DNA of 64,000 nt from Chrysomallon squamiferum. Its lineage: Eukaryota; Animalia; Mollusca. The notes beneath the pieces were generated by a model, which was not told where the DNA came from, ran no database searches, and saw only the letters and a program-made list of their open reading frames with translations. The position numbers were made by a program, and so were the translations under genes. Below, one piece after another: positions 1 to 13,782 of this stretch. The first letter of the stretch is position 1; each line of letters starts with the position of its first letter. The stretch covers positions 4,774,001-4,838,000 of the forward strand of contig CM022669.1 in the NCBI GenBank assembly GCA_012295275.1, given 5' to 3'.

Positions 1-1021
1 CATGTTAGCCATATCTCTGTCTTTCATTCTAAGTGTTTTAATGTGTAAAATTTCCTTTTGTGATGATTAAATATGTCACATGATATTTCCTCTATGAATG
101 ACATGTGTATAACACTTGTACTAAGACTGACTTGTGACATTCACAGTAAGAATGAATGTATGACATGATTGTATGACATATGTATTGAGAAAAACAAATG
201 CATATTTGTGCTAATAATGACACATGTTTAACATTAGTACTAATAATGACATATGTAATAAGATTGACATATATATACTATGAATGAACTTTCTATGAAT
301 TTCCAGCATTTTATATTATAATGGATAATATGATATAAAAAAAAAAAAAAAAAAATGTTTCCCATTTGCATGAACCATGAAACAAATTGACAGAAATGAA
401 GTGTAATATAATTAGTTTTTAAAATACATTTTTGACATATTTTTTTCATTTAGGGGTAATACCACTGTATAATTCACTTTTGTATTATAAAACTGTTTTT
501 CTCTTCAATTTTATTTCTTTTATACTATTATTTGTTAGGTATGTTATTTTCAATGCTATTTATAACATTAAAAAAAAAACCTCTTTGAAAACTCATTTCT
601 TTTAGTAATAACTAAGAATATTTTACATTCAAAAGAAAAAACATACATTTCTACTTATCCTTCATATCTGAGGTTTGTTAAAATTTATATTAATAGAATA
701 ATATTGTGTTAATGGTCTATATATTTTGAGAAGCAGGGTTAAATTAAAAGCAGTTAGTTGATGTGTTTTTTGTATTTTGGTCAGTGAGGTGGTATTTTAG
801 TAAAACTAGTTGGAATTAAGAAATGGATTCTGATTATTACTGTTATTATCTCCTTTATATTTAATTATAAAATTAAAATATATATGTTAGTGAATGTGTG
901 TGTGTGTGTGTGTGTGTGTTTGTGTGTGAAAAATTAAATGTATATCAAGGAAAAGAAGTAAAACAAGACAAACATAATTTGATGAGTAATTTCCCAAGAT
1001 CTTTCTGTATAAATAAATACA

Positions 1022-1068
<47 letters not shown>

Positions 1069-1178
1069 AGTTTATTAATTTAAGTAACTGTTTGCCTTTG
1101 AAGAAATAATAATTGAGACTAATTAAATATATATTTTTTTTATTAAATAAAAATATTTACTTGTATAGAAAAAGAAAA

Positions 1179-1227
<49 letters not shown>

Positions 1228-3899
1228 TAAATAATTAAAAAAATAAATAAAAGAATTTAATTTTTATATATGTAAAAAGTTAAATTAAAAAGTAACAGTA
1301 AATAAGAACTAAATAAATTAAAATGGACAAAAATGAAGGTAATAAAATAAAGAAATAAAAAATGGCTGAGATTTACTGACCAAGGGAAATCACTCTAAAC
1401 AAAGAAAACAAAATACTGGAAGTGGGGAAAACATTTTCCAGAAAGTTAACCAGTCAAAGACTATGGAAAAGAAAAATAAATATTGAAGATTCATGTTTCT
1501 CATTTATGTTCACATTTCAAATGTCAAAACAGACTTTAAATATATATTTTAAAATTTTAAAAACAATTTGCTTCTAAGTCTGAAAAAATGTTCAATATTA
1601 GAACATTTATTTCTAATTTATGTTTATAGCAAGTTTATTTTCATTTATATATTACTGATTTAAAAAAATAAAATATATAAATATTTTTAGGAATTATATC
1701 TGAAACTTTTTTTTATATGAAAAGTTTTGTTTTTGTGTTTGTTTATAGATATAAATGTATGAAGATAATATTTAATTTCCAGGTGTAAATTATTTGGAGC
1801 TGCTTTTTATACCAAATGAATGGATTATTAATAATGCTTTTTAACATATTTGTCTCACATCAATATAAATATATATTTATTTCCTTATGTATGAAATAAA
1901 TTCACAACAATCACATTTTATAATGCCTAATTCCTTAAAAATATTATTCTTACATTTAATTTAATTTCCATTTTAAAAGTTTTTATTTATTTCATTTTGT
2001 TTTTGTTACTGAGTAATAACTTAAATCAGGTTAGAAGCAAATTATTTATAAGAAATTATAATGAATACATTTTTTTTTTTTTTTTTTTTGATGGGGGGAC
2101 AAATCCAATATGAGAAACAAAAATCATGTTATGGCCACTGAAGAAAGCCTTGATTCCAAATGTTGTTAAATACAATGCTAAAATAAATAAATAAATAAAT
2201 AAATAATTTAGAAATCTGATATTCTTTTAAGTCACTTTTTAATATTTAAAATATATAAATTGTTTAAAGTATTGTATTTTATATATTTAATCCATTTAAT
2301 GAATTTTATTATTTTTGTTTTTCCAGTTTATTTCTGAGTGTCAAAATTTAACATCATTTGTGGAAAAGGATTTCTTTTATGTGGCCAGTTATATGACTAC
2401 AATGTCTAGAATGAGGTAACAGTGCAGTTAATGTATACATGTACCTTAAGTACCTTTTGGAAGAAAGAAAAGGGAGCAAATATAGAAATTATATTAACTT
2501 TGTGTCAAGTAAAATTCAGGAGTGCAAATCTTATAGTGCAAATAAAAAACAAGGCATCTGATTGGGTCAAAATCTCCAGCTATTAAAGGTCAGATTGTTA
2601 AACAGCCAATGAAATGTCAGCTTAGAAAATGAATGAATTTCATTGGTCACATTTTAATACTTCTGCAGAATGGATTATTGAAAAGGGCCAATAAGATATT
2701 AGTTTATATAACAGTATATTTCTAGTTTAAGAGTTAAACTTGTAATTATTTTATGTTTTATATATATTAAGTTCAAAACAGAACATATAAAATAAATAAC
2801 ATTTTTTTTTAAAAATGAAAAGGAGATAATTAAAGAATATGAAACTGAATAACTAATTAAATAAATGTTCAAACCCAAATATAATTTTAGATTTAAAAAG
2901 AACTGCCAAAATGAATGTGTCATTATTTCTTAATCAAACCTTTAATAGTGGGGATTAATAATAAATTTCAACATAAATGCACAATTAACAAAAATAAGCA
3001 CATTGTAATGAATGATATGTATATATATACAATTATTTCATGTGCCAGGGGTACATATTTTTAAATAAAAAATACATAAGCATTTTATGTTAATTAACAT
3101 TAAGCATGTGACAGATTGCTTGTATAGTGTTGTATTATATAAGCAAATGGTAATTAATTATAATGTTCATATAGCATTAATTTGTTAGGCTTTTAAATTT
3201 AATTTTTATTTCTAGTTTCATTTTTTTTTTTTTTATCTGTAGAAAATATATATTATACATGTATTTTAAAAAACTGTAAATAAATAAACTGCATATGAAC
3301 TGCATCTGATCTGCTGATACATAATTCACATTCAAATCTTACTGAAGATGTTTAAACAAATAAAATGGTTTTAGTGTCATATGCAAACATATAAAACAAT
3401 AATTTAAGAAATTCTTATGCATGAATAAAAAAGTAATTGTGTCTGAGTTTCAAAGCAAGCTATATATATTATTAACGATGCCAAGATTACATTAAAACAT
3501 TTAAGCTGATATTTGTTTTTGATTTAAATGTTTCTTCTGCTTCAAACATTATATATATAACTGAGAATAAAACTTCATTTAGTATAACACACATTATATC
3601 ACACTATAATACTTTAAAAAAAATATATTCAAAGTTATTAGACAATCTTCAAAAATTATGCTAAAAGAACTGACACAGTTATCTCCCTTTCAATCAAGGA
3701 CAGTAACCTGATAAAAAAGGGAGATAAATGTGAATCAAATTATACATTTTCTTAAATTCCTTTTCCATTAAGTCATTCTAATTATGATAATTATATACAC
3801 CCACTTAATTAAGGGGTGTAACCAAATAAGATACATATGTAAATAGAATACATTATTACCCTTAGCAATTAAGCGAAAATTATGTAAATGAGTACTGAC

Positions 3900-3990
3900 C
3901 AAGTCGCTGACCAAAGGAATGGACTTCCTTCTCGGTTTTATCTCAGGCATGCTGTCTATACTTGTATAGAAAGGGTTATGTTCTGGAGGT
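3900..3990 (-). CDS. unc-13: unc-13 conserved pre-C1 exon (PPEHNPFYTSIDSMPEIKPRRKSIPLVSDL)
   Basis: Acceptor cttcttttccag|ACC, donor TTG|GTCAGT, 91 nt, phase 2 to 0. IDSMPxIxxRxxIPLVSDL is the hallmark Munc13/UNC-13 motif upstream of the C1 domain. Confidence 0.95.
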
Positions 3991-4346
3991 CTGGAAAAGA
4001 AGTCACAATACATTATTAAATGTAGAAACTAAAGTTAAAATGGAATCTCGTCTTCCGGTAATTTGAAATATCTTCATCTCTCTATCTCCCATTTCTCTTT
4101 CTATCACCTTTTCCACCAGGTTTTTTCTTTTCTACATGATGATGTCGATGATGATGATGATGATGATAATAATAATAATGAGGAAAAACTAAATATTATG
4201 TATACTACAGCTTTTAAACTTACAAACTTATTACTTACAATATAAAAAGAAAAAATACAATATAAAATAAAGAAAGAAAGAAAGAAAAAAGGAAAAAAAA
4301 AATGGGGAAAAAAAGAAACAATAATAATAATAGTAATAAATATAAT

Positions 4347-4622
4347 AATTGAAATGTGATCTTAAGCAAATCATACTTTTTATTTTTTTTATTTTTATTT
4401 TTTAATCTATAATCAATAACTGTTTTAATGGACTTGTTAAACTATTGATTTCATCTCTTGGTGTGAAATACTCTCAGTATCACACAGGTTTCATATTTAG
4501 CATTTACAAACCTTTTAACTTCAGTCCAGATATTTTGTCAGAAACAGACATTAGCTAATATCACTTGTAATGTAAACCAGTGAAATATTTGCGTGGTTCT
4601 ATCAGATATATGTAACATTTAG
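4347..4622 (+). repeat. Left arm of long inverted repeat (partner 7695-7965)
   Basis: Reverse complement of 7695-7965 over about 275 bp, including long near-exact runs such as aaatactctcagtatcacacaggtttcatattta and tatcagatatatgtaacatttag. Confidence 0.9.
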
Positions 4623-4832
4623 ATATTGTGACAGATGTAGTCTGTGCTAGTAGAAGACTTTTAAAATACTTTTAAGATTTTAACATGTAAAAGTTTTATT
4701 TGACAGACAGTCCAGTAATATAAAATCATGTCTTAGTTAACATAGTGATGGAAGAAATGTTTTTTTTTTTTTTTTTTCTATTTTCTTCTATTTTTATATT
4801 GTTTTTCCTTATCTACTGTTATACAAGATATA

Positions 4833-5050
4833 CAGGGTGGTCCAAAAGTAGGTGGACAGTAAATGATAACATTTATTTTGAGATTTCATATTCAATAATA
4901 TTTACTCTAAAAGTAGGTGGAAAAAAAAAAAAATAATAATAACTGTAGTTATAAATTTTTTAAATAATACAGCAGAAATACCATAGTTGTAATGAACACC
5001 AAGGTAATATAACCCTAAACATACTGTCCACCTACTTTTGGACCACCCTG
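4833..5050. mobile_element. Tc1/mariner-type MITE, 218 bp
   Basis: Perfect 29-bp terminal inverted repeats CAGGGTGGTCCAAAAGTAGGTGGACAGTA (4833-4861 and 5022-5050), flanked by TA on both sides, no coding capacity. Confidence 0.88.
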
Positions 5051-5119
5051 TACACATCATAAATAACCATTCAAATAACTGGAGAAATGAAACTGACTGG
5101 TCTGTTCTTCTTTCTTGGA

Positions 5120-5287
5120 TTAGCAGAAAATAATAATTTATAAACATCTTCCCATACAAGGTAACATAAATGACAATGTTTGATAAACCAGTCATGGAGG
5201 TATTAATATCTCCCACTGGGTTCATATGAAGGATTGATCCCAGAACTCTTTGAATCTGAGCTCAGAATCTTAACCACTGAGCCATGT
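5120..5287 (-). mobile_element. Decayed tRNA-derived SINE-like element
   Basis: Minus strand begins TGGCTCAGTGGTTAAG (A-box-like) followed about 30 nt later by GGGATCAATCC (B-box-like). Body shares ttcccatac...tttgataaaccagtcatggag with 53385-53470. Confidence 0.55.
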
Positions 5288-5651
5288 AATTCTAAAATGA
5301 CATTCTAGCTGGGTTTTTTAAAATCATTTTCTTGTGATTTTAAAATGATACTGTAGTGATTTTGGAATGATTCACTAGTGATTTTGAAATGATTATGTAG
5401 TGATTTTTAAATGGTATAAGAAAGGACACTCACTGCTACCATTCCAATAATTGTTTTGTACTTAGGAACAACATGGTTTTAAAAACATCAGTTTTAAGAT
5501 ACTTTCTGGAATTTAGAAACACTATTGGCTGGCAATGAAACTGTAGTTGTATTATATCATATCAAAGATTCCATGAGTTTTTCTTACCTATTACTAGCAA
5601 GAGTCCTTTATATATTGTCCTTCTCATAGATTATCTTCACTAAATCAAAAT

Positions 5652-5910
5652 CATATATGTAAATCCCTTATTACTATATCAAATCTCACTAATCATAATA
5701 TTACATAACCTCAAACACTGGAGTGTCCATACAATAGCATGTGATTATAACAAATGTAAAATAGCTATAATGGTACTGCATATGTAAATCCCTTAAATAC
5801 ACATCTAACCATGGGTTACCCTTTCTAATCACTGGGTTCTTTACATCACATTATACTTTAGGCAGGAATACCCATACAAAAGCATGTGATAAACCAAATC
5901 TAAAATAGCC
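5652..5910. repeat. Diverged direct duplication, two copies of about 128 bp
   Basis: atatgtaaatccctta...catacaa(t/a)agcatgtgat...aaatagc occurs twice in tandem (about 5652-5766 and 5779-5909). Confidence 0.65.
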
Positions 5911-6148
5911 AAATGGAAGACAGTTTAAATATTGATGATTTGGAATAAACAACTGTTAGCTGACAGGACCCTGCTGATCAGAGTTGTTTGTAAATCAGCT
6001 CAACATACCTGCTGGCTGGACATGTGTGCTTTAGTAATTTACTCTGCTATCAGTTTATTTTTGAAAAAAAAAAACACCTTCATTTCTGAACTTTTACTCA
6101 TTTCCCAGCACTAACACACATGGATGCACACATATGTCCACACACACA

Positions 6149-6186
<38 letters not shown>

Positions 6187-7694
6187 CACACATATATACA
6201 TATACACATACAGACAATTGTTTTCATAAATAAATAACTTTACAAAGATCAGTTCACATATAAACACATATTGATACAAACACATACATGGAATTAAAAA
6301 TATATATTTATCAGTTCCTATTCATTTAAAATACAAATTCACACAAACATAGACAAATAAATAAATACAAATATATATATATATATGTAAGATATAACTA
6401 AACATAATAGTAATAAAATAAAAAACTAACATGAACAAGCATTGTCACAGCAATGTTATATAAATCAATGAATATAAAGACATTATTTGCCAAAAAACAC
6501 ACTTTATAAAGTGAGTATAAAACAACCATGTGTGTGCGTGTGTTTGTTTTATACTCAGTTTATTATATATATATATAAAACCTCACTTGTATTTGTTATC
6601 AAAGGCTGTGTACAAGTCAAACCATTCGAACATGGTGATAAACAAATGAGAGATTCTGAATAACACACACTCATACAGAAAACCTGTGTACTCAGAATTG
6701 AGTAAACTCATGTATTCAAAATGTAGCACAAATGCATCTAAATAAACAGCTGATTATAACAGATGACACCTCAATGACAACTGACTGTAACAGTGACATC
6801 TATGACATCTATACCAGTGGTTGTACTTTTACAGTCTTTCTCTCAGTTTCGCAATAAAAAAAATGATTATACTAATTTAGACCAGAATTGTTTGAACAGC
6901 TGCAGTGAACAGAAATAACTAATTGAACTCATTATTAAAATAATGTGCCCAAATCTGATTCATTTGAACTGTCTTAACTACAGGAAACCAAGTATTTTTG
7001 GATTGTGCAACCAGATGAAGCCATGCCCTGAATATTCAGTTGATCTAATAGATTAAGCATTATTGAAATGATTAAATCATTGGATGTAAGCATAACTGGA
7101 ATGATTAAATGATTGGCTTTTACTGAAAAGAACTCACTCAAGACATCATTATTAAACAGAAGTGAGCAGTATTTACATGGCTCTCATATATTCAGTGCTT
7201 AATGGTTAAACTAAGAGATTCACAGTCAAACGGTTCAGAGATCAAATCTGATTGTTGGATAGAAAGATGAATATTGTTTAAAGTTTAAGTATCATTATTT
7301 GTTTGTTTGTTTGTTGATTGCTTTTTTAGTGTTTATGCTATGATCTCATATAGAACTGGAATGGTTATGTTCCACAACATAAATACTTAATTTAATCTAA
7401 TATTTCTATTTAAAAATGTTTAGTCTTTATATGTAAATTTGTTTAATGTTGAATTTTTCATTCTAAAATGTTTAATTAATTTTTATTCTTTATAAATATG
7501 ACTAAGCATAGCATAACAAGTCATTTTATTAAAAAAAAAAAAAATAATAAATACAAATAAATAAATAAATAAGTAAATGACAAACAAAAAATAAAGAAAG
7601 AAAAAAAATTAACCAAAGAAGAGAAAGAAACAAAAACAAACACATACCATGTTACAGAATACTCTTTACCTTTCAAAGACTTTATAAGTGCAAA

Positions 7695-7965
7695 CTAAAT
7701 GTTACATATATCTGATATGACATCATCAAGTGTAAATATGTCACTGGTTTATAAGTGGTGTTAGGTAATAATCTGTTTCTAACAAAATATCTGGACTGAA
7801 GTTAAAAGGTTTGTAAATGTTAAATATGAAACCTGTGTGATACTGAGAGTATTTCACACTGAGAGATGAAATCAATAGTTTAACAAGTCCATTAATTCAG
7901 TTATTGATTGTTGAAATAATAAAAAATACTAATGAAAAATATTTGCTTAAGATCATATTTCAGTT
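7695..7965 (-). repeat. Right arm of long inverted repeat (partner 4347-4622)
   Basis: Reverse complement of the left arm, for example aaaatatctggactgaagttaaaaggtttgtaaatg versus catttacaaaccttttaacttcagtccagatatttt. Confidence 0.9.
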
Positions 7966-7998
7966 CATATTTTTTTATTTTCTAACTTAGTTTTAATT

Positions 7999-8029
<31 letters not shown>

Positions 8030-9121
8030 TAGTGATGTTGTTATAGTAGTTTGTACTTTAAAATACAAACCAATTTTTAAAGCACTAGACATAATTTCTT
8101 TTTCATCATCATCATCATCATCATCATCAACATCACTGGTTGTAGATCACAAATTTGTTAAGTTTGGAATTAAATGTCTTCTTTCAAAATAAGGAAACAC
8201 AACTGCCTAATTTTCCATATTAATTTCTAAGACAACTTAATGAAGTACTATATAAATTTAGAACTCATGAAAATATCAATATTTTAAACCCAAATGAACA
8301 TTAAACTGAAAACAAATTACTGCATAATGATACTATTTTTCTGAATGCCAACAAGTTCATATTACAAATGAATAATATTTTTTTTTTTTTGTTTTATTAT
8401 CACTTTTGCCTTTTCGTTCTAAAAAATAAATAGAGCTAGAGTTACCTCCACCTGCTAGCACAGGAAAAATTATAATTAATTAGCATAGCACTGTCAATTT
8501 GATAACTGCTGGAGAAAATAATTCTATAAAACTTCTGAATATTTCCTCTTATTTTTTATTTTTACATTTTCACCTAAAAATACAATCAGATTACATTTAA
8601 CGTCAACAGTTATGGAAAATGACATCAAAGACACTTCCTTTGTTTAAAAATATTTTTGAAGTTTTTACACTTTTTTTTTTTTTTTTTTTTTTTTTTTCTA
8701 AAAGCTATTAAATGCTTTATGGCACCTGAGACACATATCTGACAAAGGATATATCAGTGAAAAAAAATAAAATGAAGAAAACATCCTGTTTTTTTCTGTG
8801 AAAAATGTCATGATGGCTTTATCTCATTATCGACAGAGAGCTACTGGTTATTTCCTGTCAGACGTGTGAAATCTGTTGTAAATGGTAAATGATGTGCGTC
8901 TGAGCAACCTGTCAGATTCAGTCTCGACTCCAGCTGCTGCATGACAGATTGCAGGATCAAATCCTCGATGAAAAAACCCAAATACGCACTTTTTTTTCTT
9001 ATTTTTTTTATTAAATAATATTTTTGTATGTTTATTTTATTTTAATTTATGTTTTGTTCTTTGTTGTTTTATAGGAATGCAATTCAGGTTTTTTTTTAAA
9101 TTTTATCGGTTTTGGGATATG

Positions 9122-9153
<32 letters not shown>

Positions 9154-9462
9154 TGTATGTATGTATGTATGTATGTATGTATGTATGCATGTGTGTGTGT
9201 ATGTGTATATAAAACCATCATTATCATCATTTAATATTATCATTAACCTCATGATCATCACTGTTACCACTGTTCTCTTCATCATTATAATCACTATTCT
9301 CATCACTGTCATCAACATCATCATCATTTCCTAATCTCATTATCATCATCATCATCATCATCATGACCATCATATTTCCATTACCATCATCTTGATCACC
9401 ATTGTCATCACCACAATCACTGTGCTAATGTTTTTATTAAAAAAGCTGTTAATCAAACTCAC

Positions 9463-9545
9463 CCTCCATTGGCATGCTGAGACCAGGAGTACTTGCTGCG
9501 GTATCCATTTTCATGGTACTCACTGCCATCTGCCAGAGATCCACT
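9463..9545 (-). CDS. unc-13: unc-13 first shared exon (SGSLADGSEYHENGYRSKYSWSQHANG+GG)
   Basis: Acceptor ctgtttccgtttcag|AGT, donor GG|GTGAGT, 83 nt, phase 0 to 2. Bridges the phase-0 donors (31879, 25738, 13783) to the phase-2 acceptor at 3990. Confidence 0.82.
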
Positions 9546-12500
9546 CTGAAACGGAAACAGAATCTCTGAAAACACACTGCCACGTCTAGATCACTTTACT
9601 TTGTGCCTCAGTGGAAACAGAGACAGTGTCAAAAAAATACATATATATAAACTGTGTTATTTTATATTTTATATTTATATGAAGATAAGATTTTGTTAAT
9701 TTATTTAAAAGATGATATATATGTCTGTGAAATATATTTTAAGTCATTTTGGTGGTTTATTTATTTATTAAATCTATAATAATAATAATAATAATAATAA
9801 TACCACTACTAAAAACTAATAATAATAAATACATAAGTAAATAATATTTTGTAAAATATTGACAAATGTCTTACCACTGATCCAGGAATACAACTGAAAG
9901 TGCTCATCTACATTCATCTAACTCATCAATTAAATTTTAACATTCTTTTTGACTGGGCATACGTAACATTCCCACAGATACTCACTCTCTCTGGAACACA
10001 CACACACACATACACGCACGCATGCACGCACACACGCACACACCCACACCCACGCACACACCCACACCCACACCCACACACACACACACACACACACACG
10101 CATGCACACACACATACACACACAAACCACACACAGCATGCATTTGTACACACAAAATATATCTAAAACATACAGACACATCTTACCCACACACCAACAC
10201 ACATACAAAACACTAACTTACTTATGTACTCACAAACATTCACAGGAGACAAAAAAAACAATGGGACACAAAACAGTGAGATTCTCAAACATATTTCTTT
10301 CTTTGTTACATGCATCCGTATAAACATATTTTTACCAACAACATTTTCCTACAATTTTCTTTGTAATGGGCATTATAAATGTAATACAATCTACATGCTA
10401 TTGTAGAACAATGTAATATATTGTTTTAATAATAATAACATGATACTTTGAAACACACATTATAATAGGAACTATGTTATATACTCTTCAATGTACTACA
10501 CTAGAACAATTGTTTAACAATGTTAAAACTATGTTATATGTGACATTATTTTATTTTATTTTTTCATATATTAATGTTGGAAAAACAAGCAGATAAGTGA
10601 TGTGTATATATTATATATAAGAAAAAATAAAATAAAAAGAAAGATAAAAATCAAAGAGGATATTGCCTAGACTGATATGATTGACGTTCATGCTGGCTAT
10701 TATAAACAATATAATATATTAATGAATAATAGGAAGAACGCTAATACATAAGGAAGATGTTATAACATTGTAAATTAATAGCTTTTTTTTGCAGTTGGAA
10801 TTGGATTTATAATTTATTTATTTATTTATTTATTATTATTATTATTAATCTGGAATTAAAATGTGAAAGATTGTAACTAATGCAAACTGCAGTGAAAGAA
10901 TCTTATTTCTGCCCCTCAAAACAGAAGCCTTCATAACAATTTTATCATCATCAACATCATCATCACTGTCATCATTACCATCATCATTATCCTCATCCTC
11001 ATGTTTTGAATTTAAAATTTAGAAAAATAAAATTTGCGGCTTATAGTAAACAAGGTTTTGTATTTTATCTTCAAACTCATATTAAGCAATGGTGGATTCC
11101 TGAGACTTTCAGGTATTTTGGGTCCCCTACAACACTTCAATCTTTCACCCTCCAGAAGAAAAAGATGATCAGAATTTAATGAAATGATGGTTCTAAGGAA
11201 AAAAAAAAAAAAAACTGACAGGTGCCTAGACTTTGGCCCAGTCAGCTTTATGAATAATACAAACCTTGTATTTAATGACATTTCAATTATAGATCTGTTT
11301 TATGATATATGGATAATATTTACTGCCTACCACATGTTATCAGTGCTAGTTTCACATTTAATTAAATGTGATATTCTAGCTCTGTTTTTTGATAATACAC
11401 ACAGCTGTTGAGTGGTATATAGATCTGGTAAAATTTGATCTTAAAAAATTAATAATAATAAAATAAATGCTGTGAAGAAGAGAATTTTTTTTTTTTTTTT
11501 TTTTTTTTAACTGTAAATATAAGATCATGGAAATTTAATTTTTTGAATTTGTTGCATAAATTTGAATTTTGATATTATGGTTTTTCTGATACAAGATCTC
11601 AGTTTTGTCTTACAGTGAATTCAGTTTTTATTTAATGTTTGTAAAATTTCAATTCTAATTAATACATCATCTATTTTCTATGAAAAAAGACATGAATATT
11701 CATGAGATATAAAAACACACTGACATAAAGAAAAAAAACAATCATTTAAAAAATGTTTTTTTTACTAATCAATATGAAACTAGCAAAAATAATGTTTAAA
11801 TGTTTTAATTTTGTTTCGAATTACTGCTTCTTTAACAGAAAACATCAATTTTATTTCATATTCTGATTACTTGGGCTTTGTTGACAAAATATGTAATTTT
11901 ATTCAAATTTTAAACTTTTAAAAACTTATTATATTATTAATTTAAATACTTTTATTATTATTTTAAATGTTATTGCTATTTTAAATTATTTATTTATTAA
12001 CTGACTTTTCATATATTTAACTTAGTCACCAGTTATTGACAGATTTATTTATCGGAACAAACCATATGTTACTCATGTTATCATTAGCTAAGCAATAACT
12101 ACTCATATAGTACCAAGTACATGTATTAGATATTAATGTTTTTCAAGATCAAATAAAAAAAGAAAAAATTCTCTTTTGAAGTCAGCTGCCTTTCAAACTC
12201 ATGTTGTATATAATTAATCATACATATCACAAAACGTATGAGAAATACATGTTATTACATACTTACCTGACACACCTCACTATGAATTAACAATATGTTA
12301 ATTATCCAGTATATTGGTTTTCATAGTAATTTCTATTGTTGTAATTACAATATATCTTTGTTGTTAACTTCTGTTAAAAGAGTATCGATGATGGTATGAA
12401 TAAATGGCATAATAAAATGTTTTATGCTTTCAAGAAAATATTTCATTGTTTTGGCAACCTATTAACAAAGTATGACAATAAAATAAAATTGTTTCCAGTC

Positions 12501-12613
12501 ATTTGAAAGCTCCTGTTTTACTCTGTAACAATAAGAGTTGTGATGTCATCACATAGAATCAGTGATTGACAGCTCTGTTGGTTTCTGATAACATTAGAAG
12601 AAGTTTTAGATCA

Positions 12614-12643
12614 AACTGATCCACACTGCATGCAATGACGTCA
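12614..12643 (-). promoter_or_regulatory. Perfect CRE (TGACGTCA, 12636-12643) with Inr-like TCAGTT (12614-12619)
   Basis: Intact palindromic CRE in CpG-poor intron, TGATGTCA variant at 12541, Inr consensus about 20 nt downstream on the gene strand. Confidence 0.3.
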
Positions 12644-12774
12644 TGACAGATAAAGTATTTTAATGTTGTTAAACTTTGTTATTAAACAAAACCTGGCAGC
12701 AGAACTTGGAAATATGCTGAATATATTTAGACTATTTCTTCAAATCATCAAAAATGTATGCTTTAAATAAATAA

Positions 12775-13005
12775 CATATTTATTGTTAACCATTGTTGAA
12801 TATATATATATTTATTGTTTACTTTGTTAAATGTAAAATGCTTTTATTGTTTATTTTATTAAATAAACAATATGTTCTTTGTTTATCTTTGTTAAATATA
12901 CCATATATTTATTGTTTACTTTGTTAAAATATATTTAACAACCACTGTTAAATAAACAATACTTTTATTGTATACCTTGCTAACTATACAACATATTTAC
13001 TGTGT
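12775..13005. repeat. Degenerate tandem repeat of about 30 bp
   Basis: Recurrent atatttattgtttactttgttaaa motif. Confidence 0.55.
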
Positions 13006-13782
13006 ATTGCTAAACCTGGTTAAAACAGCAGTATTGATAGAAGTATTATTTTCAGTAATTTGCACTTTGATTAAAGCATATACCAGTTGATCTTTATGAT
13101 GTTCAGCATACCTGGTTTCATATATGTTGTGTTGGCAGCCAGAGAAAGAGATTTCTGTTTACAGTTCTGAATGTCAATCGTCAGTGGCAATGAAGAAATT
13201 TAAATGTAGCTGAATGTTTGTGAGAGAGACAGACAATGCATGAGGTTTGACATAAAGATTTTAAGCGTGTGCGCGTGTATGTGTATGTGTGTGTAGATTT
13301 GAGTATAGGTGTCTGTAGAAATGTACATGTGTATATAAAAATATATAAAGAAAGTTAAGGGTTGACTAAAAAAAAAAAAAAAAAAGAGAGAGAGAGAAAA
13401 AAAAAGAAAATGAATTTAAGTCCAGTGTGCATGTACTTGATTGTTTGGGTGTATGTATATACAACCATGTCTTTGTTTAAAAAAGAAGGAGTTTAAATCA
13501 ATACTATACATTTGTTTGGGTTTGCATATTTAGGTTAATGTTTTTGAACTGAACATTTGTCTTTTCTAATTGACTTTTTCTCACACATACACTATAAATT
13601 TACTTCATATTGACAAAATATTTAGTTCCAATAAAATATTACGTTTGATAAACATAAAAATAAATAAGTCACAACCCAGATGTTTATCACACCTCGTAAT
13701 TCACAGGCAGCCATAAACTACGCCAGTATTTCACAGAGAGAACCAAACGAACACACTGCAACACCCGTGCATTATCTCTTAC

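Noticed and set aside
1-3899. Next unc-13 exon (leading into the C1 domain)
   Set aside because: No open, splice-bounded segment resembling it was found; it presumably lies outside the window.
5220-5287. tRNA gene
   Set aside because: Only degenerate A/B-box-like motifs; I could not fold a cloverleaf and it continues into a dispersed repeat body, so it is treated as a SINE head.
9518-9523. Internal GTGAGT donor in the first shared exon
   Set aside because: Would end in phase 1 and frameshift the IDSMP exon; the distal donor at 9462 keeps the frame.
9077-10406. ORF-track proteins rich in HT/CV/YVCM (also near 23.3-23.9k, 25.5k, 29k, 31.3-31.8k, 36.5-37k, 43.9k, 57.1-57.9k)
   Set aside because: Translations of CA/GT, TATG, GA or TAA microsatellites; no splice-compatible coding signal.
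13687-13782. C-terminal tail of the 204-aa ORF as part of a single-exon gene
   Set aside because: It lies after a strong AAG|GTAAGA donor of the right phase, so intron is the simpler reading. An unspliced variant cannot be excluded.
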